Shown in pieces: positions 30,367 through 39,914 of a stretch of DNA of 64,000 nucleotides. The position numbers and the translations under genes are program-made. The stretch comes from Gammaproteobacteria bacterium (GTDB lineage Bacteria; Pseudomonadota; Gammaproteobacteria; Burkholderiales; Gallionellaceae): contig JAHJBC010000010.1 in NCBI GenBank assembly GCA_018813765.1, forward strand, positions 67,096-131,095, written 5' to 3'. Numbering within the stretch: position 1 is the stretch's first letter; every line of letters starts with the position of its first letter. The notes beneath the pieces were generated by a model that saw nothing but the letters and a program-made list of their open reading frames with translations, was not told where the DNA came from and ran no database searches.

Positions 30367-30927
30367 ATGTCGTTGGATAGAAAGCTCTTTGCAGCACCCA
30401 CCAGACTCTGGATGAACTGGCCGCTCTGGGGCGGACTGCTGGTAATGTTGTTGCTGGCGAAACATGCCTGGGTGCTGTTCGCCCCCGCCGAGCAGGCCAT
30501 CCCCGCTACCACGATTGCAACCGGATCCGCGCAGGCTGAAAGATTGTTCGGAGAGGTCAGCACCGCGACCGCCGCCGCATCGCTCAATGGCATCCGCCCC
30601 ATCGGCATCTTTGCCCATGGCAGCAAGGGATTTGCGGTGATGATGACCGAGTCCGGTCAGGTCGGTGTGGGCGTGGGGGATCTGGTGGCACCGGGGATAC
30701 GCCTGGTCGAGACGCATGCCGACCACGTGATTCTGGAACGCAACGGAATCCGGCAACGCGCCGACCTGAGTAAGGCCCCGGCTGCAACCGGCGGGATCAC
30801 CCCGGCTGGCCCGGTGCGCGGCATGACAGTACCCCCGGCGGGCGGACGCATACTCGACCAGCTCACGCCCGAGCAGCAAATGATCATGCAACAGCAGCAA
30901 CGAGATTTGATAAGGGGAAGACCTTGA
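30367..30927 (+). CDS. gspC: type II secretion system protein GspC (short form, no PDZ domain)
   Basis: ATG at 30367 gives 186 aa. TM anchor plus an HR-like region (IRPIGIFAHGSKGFAVMMTESGQVGVGVGDLVAPGIRLVETHADHVILERNG). Its stop overlaps the gspD start. Confidence 0.7.
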   Translation: MSLDRKLFAAPTRLWMNWPLWGGLLVMLLLAKHAWVLFAPAEQAIPATTIATGSAQAERLFGEVSTATAAASLNGIRPIGIFAHGSKGFAVMMTESGQVGVGVGDLVAPGIRLVETHADHVILERNGIRQRADLSKAPAATGGITPAGPVRGMTVPPAGGRILDQLTPEQQMIMQQQQRDLIRGRP

Positions 30928-32951
30928 TCTACCGCATCGTGAGACGAATCCTGCTGCTATGCAGCCTCGCCCTGTTCATCGCGGCGCCATGCCATGCTGA
31001 GAAGCAGGCCGAAGAAGAACTGGTCTCGCTGAATTTCGTCAACGCCGACATCCAGGAAGTCATTCGCGCCATCTCGCAGATCTCGAAGAAGAACTTCCTC
31101 GTCGATCCGCGCGTGAAGGGCACCATCAATATCGTCTCGGCGACGCCGGTCTCGCCAGCGCTGGGCTACGACATCCTGCTTTCCGCCCTTCGCCTGCAAG
31201 GCTATGCCGCAGTGGAATCGGCGGGGGTAACCAAGATCATTCCCGAAGCCGATGCCAAGCTGCACATCGATACGCTGTCGCAGGGACGCAGCGGAGACAA
31301 GCTGGTCACCCGCGTGTTCATCCTCAAATACGAATCAGCCTCGCAACTGGTCAACGTGGTGCGGCCGATGATCGCGCCGAACAACGTGGTGGTGGCCTAT
31401 CCCGCCAGCAACGCGCTGGTGGTGACCGACTATGCCGGCAGCATCAAACGCATCGAAAAACTCATCGACTCCATCGACCAGCCGAATGCCGACGCGCCCA
31501 TCATCATCCCGGTCAAGCATGCATCGGCGGTCGATCTGGCCAACATCATCAACAAACTGATGCCGGAGGCTGTAGCCACGCAACCCGGCGGCGACGACAA
31601 CCAGCGCTTCGTGCTGCTGGCCGACAGCCGCACCAACGGCCTGCTGCTGCGCTCGGACAACCCCGGCCGCATCGCTCGCGTCAAGGAGCTGGTGTCCAAA
31701 CTCGACAGCGCCGCCAATGTGCCCGGCAACATCCATGTGGTGCAACTGAAGAACGCCGACGCCACCAAACTGGCACAGACCCTGCGCGCAGTGATGAGCG
31801 GGGATACATCCGCCCCCGCCCCGCAGACAGGAACGCAAGCGGTTGCCAGCAGCGCGCCATCCGGCGGCGGCATGATCCAGGCCGACACCTCATCCAACAC
31901 GCTCATCGTCACCGCCTCGGAACCGGTCTACAACAACATCCGCTCCGTCATCGAAAAACTGGATGTGCGCCGCCCGCAGATATTCGTCGAGGCGCTGATC
32001 GTCGAAGTGACGGCGGACAAGGCCGCCGAGTTCGGCATCCAGTGGCAGAACCTGACCGGCATCAACAAGAGCGGCAGCAACATCATCGGCGGCACCAATT
32101 TCGGCACGACGAACAACATCGTCGGCGCTTCAAAAAATATCAGCACCGTCGGGCAGGGGCTCAATATCGGCATCGTGAGCGGAACCACCAACATCCCCGG
32201 CGTCGGCACCGTGCTCAACCTCAGCATGCTGGCGCGCGCGCTGGAGACCGATACCAACGCCAACATCCTGTCCGCCCCCAACCTGATGACGCTGGACAAC
32301 GAAGAGGCCAAGATCGTGGTCGGCCAGAACGTGCCCTTCATCACCGGGCAGTACGCGCAGACTGGTTCTTCCACCACCGCCACCCCGTTCCAGACCATCG
32401 AACGCAAGGACGTCGGCCTGACACTGAAGATCAAGCCGCAAATCATGCAGGGCGGCACCGTCAAGCTGGCGGTCTATCAGGAAGTGTCCAACGTGGTCGC
32501 ATCCGCAACCACGGATGCCGGCTTCATCACCAACAAGCGTTCCATTGAGTCCAATATCCTGGTAGACGAGAACCAGATCGTGGTACTGGGCGGGCTGATT
32601 CAGGATTCGGTCACTGATGTGGCCAGCAAGACGCCGCTGCTCGGCGACATCCCCCTCCTCGGCAATCTGTTCCGTTACGAAACACGCACCCACACCAAGA
32701 CCAACCTGATGGTGTTCATCCGTCCCTACATCATGTATCAGTCGGACGGCTACCAGAAGATCACCGATGATCGTTATGACCAGATCAACAAGCGCCGTCA
32801 GGACGCGCGCCTGCCGGACCACTGGATATTGCCGAACGACGACAAGGACAAGGCGCTGCCGCCCAAGCCGGAGAAACCCGTTCCCGAGACCGTACCTGCC
32901 AGCGCGCCTGTTGCAACGTCGACCATCGATTACCTCTTCAACCAGCCGTGA
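30924..32951 (+). CDS. gspD: type II secretion system secretin GspD
   Basis: 675 aa. TTG start preceded by AAGGGGA. N0-N3 domains and a secretin domain (KTPLLGDIPLLGNLFRYE). Confidence 0.93.
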   Translation: MIYRIVRRILLLCSLALFIAAPCHAEKQAEEELVSLNFVNADIQEVIRAISQISKKNFLVDPRVKGTINIVSATPVSPALGYDILLSALRLQGYAAVESAGVTKIIPEADAKLHIDTLSQGRSGDKLVTRVFILKYESASQLVNVVRPMIAPNNVVVAYPASNALVVTDYAGSIKRIEKLIDSIDQPNADAPIIIPVKHASAVDLANIINKLMPEAVATQPGGDDNQRFVLLADSRTNGLLLRSDNPGRIARVKELVSKLDSAANVPGNIHVVQLKNADATKLAQTLRAVMSGDTSAPAPQTGTQAVASSAPSGGGMIQADTSSNTLIVTASEPVYNNIRSVIEKLDVRRPQIFVEALIVEVTADKAAEFGIQWQNLTGINKSGSNIIGGTNFGTTNNIVGASKNISTVGQGLNIGIVSGTTNIPGVGTVLNLSMLARALETDTNANILSAPNLMTLDNEEAKIVVGQNVPFITGQYAQTGSSTTATPFQTIERKDVGLTLKIKPQIMQGGTVKLAVYQEVSNVVASATTDAGFITNKRSIESNILVDENQIVVLGGLIQDSVTDVASKTPLLGDIPLLGNLFRYETRTHTKTNLMVFIRPYIMYQSDGYQKITDDRYDQINKRRQDARLPDHWILPNDDKDKALPPKPEKPVPETVPASAPVATSTIDYLFNQP

Positions 32952-34438
32952 CCCAAGCCGCGATCAACCGCCGCGCCGCGCGCCGCCTGCCCTACAGCTT
33001 CGCCAAGGTGCAGGGCGTGGTGCTGACCGACTGCAACGGACGTGCCGCACTTGCCGTGCGCCGCGATGCGAAACCGGAAGCCCTCGCCGAAGTGATGCGC
33101 CAACTCGCATTGCCGGTTGATGCCACCCTGGTGGATGCGGAAGATTTCGAGCGCATCCTCAGCGACGCCTATTCGCAGGCCGACGAATCCACTGCCACGC
33201 TGCTCGACGACGCCGAACAGGACATGGACCTGTCCATGCTACTGCACGACCTGCCCAAATCTGCCGACCTGCTCGAATCCGAGAACGACGCGCCGGTCAT
33301 CCGCATGATCAACGCGCTGCTGGCACAGGCCGTGCGCGACAACGCTTCGGACATTCACATCGAACCGTTCGAGACGCGCTCCGTGGTGCGCTTCCGCCTC
33401 GACGGCACGCTGAAGGATATCGCCGAACCGCACCGCGCGTTGCATGCCGCCATGGTGTCGCGCATCAAGGTGATGGCCGACCTCGACATCGCCGAAAAAC
33501 GTCTGCCTCAAGATGGACGCATTGCACTGCGCCTCGCGGGTCGTCCCGTCGATGTGCGCGTCTCCACGCTACCCACCGGACACGGCGAGCGCGTGGTGAT
33601 GCGTCTGCTGGACAAGGAAGCCGGACGCCTCGACCTCTCCAAACTCGGCATGGGCGCAAAGTCGCTCGAAGCCATGCTGCGCCTCACCAAACAACCGCAC
33701 GGCATCGTGCTGGTCACCGGCCCCACCGGCTCCGGCAAAACGACCACCTTGTATGCGGCACTGGCGTGCATCGACGCCACCACCACCAACGTGATGACCG
33801 TGGAAGACCCGGTGGAATACGACCTCGACGGCATCAGCCAGACCCAGGTCAACCCGCGCATCGATATGAGCTTCGCCCGCGCCCTGCGCGCCATCCTGCG
33901 CCAGGACCCGGACGTGATCATGATCGGCGAAATCCGCGACCTGGAAACCGCGCAGATCGCCGTGCAGTCCAGCCTCACCGGCCACCTCGTGCTCGCGACA
34001 TTGCACACCAACGACACCGTCAGCGCCGTCACCCGCCTCGCCGACATGGGCGTGGAACCGTTCCTGTTGTCTTCCAGTATCGTCGGCGTACTTGCGCAAC
34101 GCCTGGTGCGCTGCCTGTGCAAGGACTGCCGCGAAGCCTACGCGCCGGACGAAGCGGAACTCGCCATGCTGTCCCGCTTCGGCCAACCGGACGTGATCTA
34201 CCGCCCCGTCGGCTGCGACAAATGCAGCCACACCGGCTACCGCGGCCGCACCGGTATTTATGAATTGCTGGAAGTGGACGAACACCTGCGCAGCATGGTG
34301 CACTCGCGCGAAAGCGAACAGCATTTGCGCGACTACGCCATGCAGAGCGGCATGCTGAATTTGCGCGATGATGGGCTGCGCTGGGTGGTGTCGGGGGATA
34401 CTTCGCTGGAAGAAGTGATTCGGGTGACAAGGGATTGA
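32948..34438 (+). CDS. gspE: type II secretion system ATPase GspE
   Basis: 496 aa. GTG start overlaps the gspD stop. Walker A GPTGSGKTT. Tetracysteine motif (CKDC ... CDKC). Confidence 0.95.
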   Translation: MTQAAINRRAARRLPYSFAKVQGVVLTDCNGRAALAVRRDAKPEALAEVMRQLALPVDATLVDAEDFERILSDAYSQADESTATLLDDAEQDMDLSMLLHDLPKSADLLESENDAPVIRMINALLAQAVRDNASDIHIEPFETRSVVRFRLDGTLKDIAEPHRALHAAMVSRIKVMADLDIAEKRLPQDGRIALRLAGRPVDVRVSTLPTGHGERVVMRLLDKEAGRLDLSKLGMGAKSLEAMLRLTKQPHGIVLVTGPTGSGKTTTLYAALACIDATTTNVMTVEDPVEYDLDGISQTQVNPRIDMSFARALRAILRQDPDVIMIGEIRDLETAQIAVQSSLTGHLVLATLHTNDTVSAVTRLADMGVEPFLLSSSIVGVLAQRLVRCLCKDCREAYAPDEAELAMLSRFGQPDVIYRPVGCDKCSHTGYRGRTGIYELLEVDEHLRSMVHSRESEQHLRDYAMQSGMLNLRDDGLRWVVSGDTSLEEVIRVTRD

Positions 34439-34449
34439 GGTGGCAGTTG

Positions 34450-34881
34450 ATGACTGAACACTACATACTGAATGCCGGCGCAGGATTCATAAACATGTCT
34501 CCCATGGCATTTCACCGCTGGGCGACTCACTACTACAAATGCCGCCAAGATTTCCAAAGCCCACATTCATTCTCCCCGGTTCCATACTTCTTGCTGTGCC
34601 GCGCTATTGAACTTGGGCTCAAATCAAAGCACCTTGAAGACAAACGTCAGCAGGAAGTTAAGAACGAGTTCGGCCACAATCTAGCGAAGTCGTATCAGGC
34701 ATTGCCAGTCACAGCGCAACAACTTTCCGTAGACGATTTCTCAATCCTCGAACATGCCAGTGCCATTTATGCATCGAAAGGATTCGAGTACTTCAATCCG
34801 GAAGATGCGCTTACTAGTTACTCTCGATTTCCAGACATAGCAGCACTTGATAGCATCGCGAAGCGATTGATTGATCTATAA
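34450..34881 (+). CDS. hypothetical protein, visibly low-GC insert between gspE and gspF (weak HEPN/AbiV-like helical pattern)
   Basis: ATG at 34450 preceded by GAGGTGG. 143 aa. AT-rich codon usage unlike the flanks. Segments LCRAIELGLKSKHL and FGHNLAKSY. Confidence 0.6.
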   Translation: MTEHYILNAGAGFINMSPMAFHRWATHYYKCRQDFQSPHSFSPVPYFLLCRAIELGLKSKHLEDKRQQEVKNEFGHNLAKSYQALPVTAQQLSVDDFSILEHASAIYASKGFEYFNPEDALTSYSRFPDIAALDSIAKRLIDL

Positions 34882-34887
34882 AGTCCG

Positions 34888-34970
34888 TAGGTCGGGTTAG
34901 CAGTTTCATCGCGTAACCCGACGTTGTGTTTTGAATTCATGTCGGGTTACGCTGCGCTAACCCGACCTAC
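34888..34970. repeat. pair of REP-like hairpins (gtcgggtta..taacccgac, twice)
   Basis: Arms at 34888-34902, 34911-34922, 34941-34952 and 34956-34970. They can fold as two hairpins or as one long cruciform. Confidence 0.8.
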
Positions 34971-35004
34971 AAGTGCAGGATTTGCTTTTGAATTTGGATA
35001 AACC

Positions 35005-36228
35005 ATGGCCGCATTCCACTACAACGCGCTAGACGCAGCAGGCAAGCCCAGCACCGGCATGATCGAAGCAGACTCGGCCCGTCTCGCCCGCGCGCAATTA
35101 CGCGAGAGCGGTTTGTTCGTGGTCGAGCTGGATGCGTTGTCTGATACATTCACCAAACAAAGCGCGCGCAATTTCAACCTGCCGTTCCGCAAACGCATCC
35201 CGCTGTCCGAAGTCAGCCTCATGCTGCGCCAGCTCGCCACTTTGCTCGAAGCGGGTCTGCCGCTGGAACAAGCGCTGGCGGTGCTGATCGAGCAGGGTGA
35301 CAACCCGGCCATGCGCCAGGTCATCGCGGCGCTGCGCTCGGAAGTGCTGGCGGGCAGCACGCTGGCGCGCGCGATGGAGAAACACAAGGAGACCTTCCCA
35401 GAGATCCACCGCGCACTGATCAACGCGGGCGAAGCGTCCGGCGAACTTGCCACGGTAATGGACAAGCTCGCGACCTATTCCGAAGGCCAGCAGGCGCTGC
35501 AACAGAAGATCGGTCTGGCAATGGTGTATCCCGCCATCGTCATCACCGTTGCCGTGCTGGTAGTTGGCGGCTTGCTCATCTTCGTGGTGCCGCCGGTGGT
35601 GGAGGTGTTCCAGCAGACGAAGCAGGACTTGCCGCTGCTCACCCGCGCGCTGATCCTGTTGAGCGATTTCTTTGCCGCCGCCTGGCTCTACCTCATCGCC
35701 CTGTTCATCATCGGCGGCATCGTCGCGCAGCGCGCTTTGCAGAACGATGCGATACGCCACCAGTTCCATCTCAAGCTGCTGCACCTGCCCATCGTCGGCA
35801 AGCTGATTCGCGGCAGCAACACCGCGCGCATGGCCAGCACGCTGTCCATCCTGGTCGGTAGCGGCGTCGGCCTGCTCACCGCGCTCAACGCCGCCTGTGG
35901 TGTGGTGAACAACCTGCCGATGCGCCGTGCGCTGGAAGATGCCGCCGCCAAGGTGCGCGAAGGCGTGACGCTGAGCCGCGCGCTGGCCGCCTCCGGCCTG
36001 TTCCCGCCGGTGCTGGTGCACCTCATCGCCAGCGGCGAGCAGAGCGGCCGCCTCGACACCATGCTGGACCGCGTGGCCAAACAGCAGACGCAGGAAGTCT
36101 CTGGTTTCACTTCCGCACTCACCTCCATCCTCGAGCCGGTACTGATTTTATTCATGGGCGCGGTGGTGCTACTGATCGTGCTGGCGATATTGCTGCCCAT
36201 CATCCAGATGAATCAGATGGTTAAGTAG
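35005..36228 (+). CDS. gspF: type II secretion system inner-membrane platform protein GspF
   Basis: 407 aa with a duplicated GspF-type cytoplasmic domain and three TM helices. Confidence 0.94.
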   Translation: MAAFHYNALDAAGKPSTGMIEADSARLARAQLRESGLFVVELDALSDTFTKQSARNFNLPFRKRIPLSEVSLMLRQLATLLEAGLPLEQALAVLIEQGDNPAMRQVIAALRSEVLAGSTLARAMEKHKETFPEIHRALINAGEASGELATVMDKLATYSEGQQALQQKIGLAMVYPAIVITVAVLVVGGLLIFVVPPVVEVFQQTKQDLPLLTRALILLSDFFAAAWLYLIALFIIGGIVAQRALQNDAIRHQFHLKLLHLPIVGKLIRGSNTARMASTLSILVGSGVGLLTALNAACGVVNNLPMRRALEDAAAKVREGVTLSRALAASGLFPPVLVHLIASGEQSGRLDTMLDRVAKQQTQEVSGFTSALTSILEPVLILFMGAVVLLIVLAILLPIIQMNQMVK

Positions 36229-36330
36229 TCCGACTTATTCCGGCAACACTTCTGCAAAACAAGATTCATTTTCCTGTTATCTGCGCGCACTAGTCTGCGT
36301 TCTCCTTCCCACCCAACCTGGAGAATCAAG

Positions 36331-38667
36331 ATGGAAATGCGCAAGAAAGCGATCTACCTGGCTGTCGCCTCTGCTCTGGCACTTGCCGGATGCGGCGGCA
36401 GTTCGAACACGGCCAGCTCTTCCCTGACCGGGATATTGTCCGACTCTTACGTCGAAGGCGTGAGCTATGCCACGAGTTCCGGCAAGTCCGGCGCCACCGA
36501 TGCCGACGGCAAGTTCACCTACACCGCAGGAGACACGGTCACCTTCAAGATCGGCGAAGTGACGCTGGGCACCGTGGATATGGACGGCAGCGCATTGAGC
36601 GCCATGAGCGGCAGCAAACTGGTGCGTCCCAAGGACCTCGCCGGCGTGACCGATGAGACCGACCAGAAAGCACTGGCGATCGCCCAGGTCATCCAGACCG
36701 TCGCCGGAGCAGGCACGACCGATACCAATATCGATGTCAGCACCAATGCCGCACTGCTCGCGACTGCGGATACGGTCGACTCGCTGGCGAAAGCGGACTC
36801 GCTCCTGGTCGCCGCCGGCCTGACGCCGAAACCCCTCTCCGATGTCACGACACACCTGATGAATGCCCCCGCCAAGGTGAAATCGGTGAAGTTCACGCCG
36901 ACCGACATCACCGGCCTGTCCGACGCCAACCGCGCCATCGCCTATACGACCTCAGGCGCGGAAGTGACCTACACCGACGGCACGGTCAAGACATACCCGC
37001 TGAGCTTCGTGAACCTGTTCAACAACACCGACACCGACAAGACAGCAGATGGTTCCGCCGCTGCCGCCGTGCGCAACAAGGCCGGAACGATCCTCAACGA
37101 AGTGAACGGCAGCCCCTATATCCCGCAGACACCGGATGCCAACTCACTGCTGGACATCAATGGCACACCGTATCTGGTGACGCATTTCGAATACATGAAC
37201 AACGACAGCGCCGCCACCAACTGGTACGGCAAGCAGCCGATGCTGATGACGGTGGCCAAGCTCGCCCAGAACAGCACCGACGGCAGCTTCAGCGTGGATT
37301 CGGTCAAGCAGGTCGATTTCTCCGGCGTCAACGGTTTGTGGATTCCCTGCGCCGGCAGCCGCTCGCCGTGGAACACGCACCTCGGTTCCGAGGAATATGA
37401 GCCGGATGCGCGTTGTGAGGTCGATGCGACTTACGCCGCCATCGTCGGCGGTTCGTGCGCAGGCATGGAGTACACCGCGCGCATGGACGCCTTCCGCGTG
37501 GCCTACGGCGAAGCCGCAGCATCGCCCTATCACTATGGACGCGTGCCGGAAGTAACCATTGCGAACAACGGCAGCACCACCGCGGAAAAATGGTACACGC
37601 TGGGTCGCATCTCGCGCGAGAAGGTGCAGATGTTCGGCGATTCGCGCACCGCGATCCAGGGCGATGACGGCACCTACACCATGCTGTCGATGTTCGTCGC
37701 CGACAATCCCGGCGACCTGTCCGCCGGAAGCCTGTACGCCGCAAAGTGGAACCAGATGTCGCCCAACGGTACCGACGGCGGCGAAGCCTATCTGTCGTGG
37801 ATCAAGCTGGGCCATGCCACGAATGCCGAGATCAAGGCTGCGGTCGATGCAGGCGTGACCTTCAACGACCTGTTCCTGACCTCCGACGTGGCGGCAGCAG
37901 GCTTCACCGAGATCAAGACCGGGCATGAAGTTTCCAAGGTCGAGTATCTGCAACTGAAGCCGGGCAACTTCACGACCGGCGTCCCCATCGCCACCTTGGC
38001 CGCCTTCCTCGAAACCCGCCGTTATGCCTCGATGCTGGGTGCGACGACCGAGTTCGAGAAGTTCGAAGGTGTCGCCTACAACGCCAGGGACAACAAGGCC
38101 TACACCGCGATGGCGCGCATGAGCAAGGGCATGGAAGTCAGCGCCATCGATCCGGTCGACCATATCCGCCTGAAGAAGAACTCCTCCGGTGCGATCTACG
38201 AGTTATCGCTCAGCGCGGGGCAGGCCGATAGCACCGGCACCGCGATCGACAGCGACTTTGTACCCACCTTCATGAAGGCGATCGTGGTCGGCACGGATAT
38301 CGTTGCGGATGCGGACGGCAACAAGTCCGACCTCAACGGCATCTCCAGCCCGGACAACGTGTCTTTCTCCGACCGCATGCGCGTGCTGTTCATCGGCGAA
38401 GACTCGGGTAGCCACGTCAACAACTACCTGTGGGCCTACCACGTCGACACCGGCAGCCTGGTGCGCATCCTGTCGCTGCCGATGGGAGCCGAATCCACCG
38501 GCTTGCAGGTTGTGGACAACATGAACGGCCATGCCTACATCATGAGCAACTACCAGCACGCCGGCGACACCATCGGCGATCCGGCGGTATACGCCCGCAT
38601 CCTGCCGCTGATCGATCCGAACAAGGCGGAAGTCGGTTACCTCGGCGGCTTGCCTGCGATGCATTGA
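36331..38667 (+). CDS. lipoprotein with PhoX/DUF839-like beta-propeller phosphatase domain
   Basis: 778 aa. Lipobox LALAGC. PhoX-like motifs (CAGSRSPWNTHLGSEEYEPDA, SSPDNVSFSDRMRVLFIGEDSG, PMGAESTG). Confidence 0.75.
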   Translation: MEMRKKAIYLAVASALALAGCGGSSNTASSSLTGILSDSYVEGVSYATSSGKSGATDADGKFTYTAGDTVTFKIGEVTLGTVDMDGSALSAMSGSKLVRPKDLAGVTDETDQKALAIAQVIQTVAGAGTTDTNIDVSTNAALLATADTVDSLAKADSLLVAAGLTPKPLSDVTTHLMNAPAKVKSVKFTPTDITGLSDANRAIAYTTSGAEVTYTDGTVKTYPLSFVNLFNNTDTDKTADGSAAAAVRNKAGTILNEVNGSPYIPQTPDANSLLDINGTPYLVTHFEYMNNDSAATNWYGKQPMLMTVAKLAQNSTDGSFSVDSVKQVDFSGVNGLWIPCAGSRSPWNTHLGSEEYEPDARCEVDATYAAIVGGSCAGMEYTARMDAFRVAYGEAAASPYHYGRVPEVTIANNGSTTAEKWYTLGRISREKVQMFGDSRTAIQGDDGTYTMLSMFVADNPGDLSAGSLYAAKWNQMSPNGTDGGEAYLSWIKLGHATNAEIKAAVDAGVTFNDLFLTSDVAAAGFTEIKTGHEVSKVEYLQLKPGNFTTGVPIATLAAFLETRRYASMLGATTEFEKFEGVAYNARDNKAYTAMARMSKGMEVSAIDPVDHIRLKKNSSGAIYELSLSAGQADSTGTAIDSDFVPTFMKAIVVGTDIVADADGNKSDLNGISSPDNVSFSDRMRVLFIGEDSGSHVNNYLWAYHVDTGSLVRILSLPMGAESTGLQVVDNMNGHAYIMSNYQHAGDTIGDPAVYARILPLIDPNKAEVGYLGGLPAMH

Positions 38668-38696
38668 TACTTTAATTAGCTTCCTGTATCTCCCCG

Positions 38697-38728
38697 CTCC
38701 GGCAGCCAAAACTGCCGGAGTTTTTTTT
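38697..38728 (+). terminator. rho-independent terminator after the PhoX-like gene
   Basis: The sequence ctccggcag-ccaaaa-ctgccggag forms the stem and is followed by T8. Confidence 0.85.
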
Positions 38729-38840
38729 GGGAGCGCTTCACCCTTAAATGCTTTCTGCCGCACCGGAACGGTTTGTTTTCCAACTTCCAAAGGCAGATTT
38801 GCTAAACTCTGCCCACTCTTCCACACCAAGGATGCACACA

Positions 38841-39281
38841 ATGAAAATGCAACACGCTTCTCAACGCTTGAAAGGCTTCACCCTGATCGAAGTGATGGTC
38901 GTCATCCTCATCATCGGCGTGCTTGCCGCGCTGGTCGTGCCCAAGGTGATGAGCCGCCCGGACGAGGCGCGCATCACCGCCGCCAGAGTTGACATCACCC
39001 AGATCACCCAGGCGCTCAACCTCTACAAACTGGACAACGGCCGTTACCCCACCACCGAGCAGGGGCTGGCCGCACTGGTGAAGAAGCCGACTACCGAACC
39101 CATCCCGAACAACTGGAAGAGCGAAGGCTATCTAGACCGTGTGCCCAAGGACGCGTGGGGCACGCCTTACCAGTACCTGCAGCCCGGCATGCATGGCGCC
39201 ATCGACGTGTTCAGCTTCGGCGCGGACCGTGCGGCTGGCGGCGAAGGCAACGACGCCGATATCGGCAATTGGCAGGACTGA
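38841..39281 (+). CDS. gspG: type II secretion major pseudopilin GspG
   Basis: ATG at 38841 with AAGGA upstream. Leader MKMQHASQRLKG, then the cleavage site before FTLIEVMVV. 146 aa. Confidence 0.94.
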   Translation: MKMQHASQRLKGFTLIEVMVVILIIGVLAALVVPKVMSRPDEARITAARVDITQITQALNLYKLDNGRYPTTEQGLAALVKKPTTEPIPNNWKSEGYLDRVPKDAWGTPYQYLQPGMHGAIDVFSFGADRAAGGEGNDADIGNWQD

Positions 39282-39320
39282 GAAAGCCGCATTCTTGCTC
39301 ACTGCCGATACTGCGTCCCC

Positions 39321-39914
39321 ATGTGCATCTTCTTGCCGTCACTCCGATCATCCCCCTTTGGAAAAGGGGGACAGGAGGGGGATTTAAAGTCTGGCCATAC
39401 CTGCCTGCCGCAAATCCCCCCCCACCCCCCTTTTGCAAAGTGGGGCCATGGCTTCACGCTGCTTGAAATGCTGGTGGTGCTGGTCGTCGCCAGCATCATG
39501 CTCACCGTGGTGACGCTGAATCTGATGCCGAACGCGCAGACCGTGCTGCGCGAAGAATCGCAACGCCTCGCCCTGCTGATGGAGAACGGCGCGATGAGTT
39601 CGCAGGCGGGCGGACAGGCGCTGGCCTGGTCCGGCACCGGCAACAGCTACCGCTTCTGGCAGCGCAGCAAGGAAGGCGAATGGCTGCGCATCGAACGCGA
39701 CAACCTGCTGTACCCGCGCAACCTGCCGGATACCGTGACCATAGGCGAAGTCAGCTTCAACGGCCGCCGCCTCGAACCCGGCTCTCTGGTCGTGCTCAGC
39801 CCCGAGCTTTCTGCCAAGGAGTTCCGGGTGACATTGCTCAGCAGCGATCTGAGTTCCGATGTCGTCGGCAACGGCCTGGGCAAAGTGGAAGTGGTGGCGG
39901 GGAAAACGCAATGA
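39321..39914 (+). CDS. gspH: type II secretion minor pseudopilin GspH (start codon uncertain)
   Basis: Prepilin motif GHG then FTLLEMLVVLV at 39444-39480. The only upstream in-frame ATG/GTG/TTG is at 39321, giving a 44-aa leader that reads through a repeat element. Confidence 0.8.
   Translation: MCIFLPSLRSSPFGKGGQEGDLKSGHTCLPQIPPHPPFAKWGHGFTLLEMLVVLVVASIMLTVVTLNLMPNAQTVLREESQRLALLMENGAMSSQAGGQALAWSGTGNSYRFWQRSKEGEWLRIERDNLLYPRNLPDTVTIGEVSFNGRRLEPGSLVVLSPELSAKEFRVTLLSSDLSSDVVGNGLGKVEVVAGKTQ
39351..39445. repeat. structured repeat, family 2 copy 1 (ccccctttggaaaaggggg ... gggggattt..aaatccccc ... cccccttttgcaaagtgggg)
   Basis: Aligns with 39938-40015. Lies inside the 5' end of the gspH ORF. 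Confidence 0.8.

Noticed and set aside
39680-39910. Upstream extension of the gspI frame (237-aa track entry)
   Set aside because: It overlaps the gspH coding region out of frame. ATG 39911 coincides with the gspH stop, as at every other junction of the operon.
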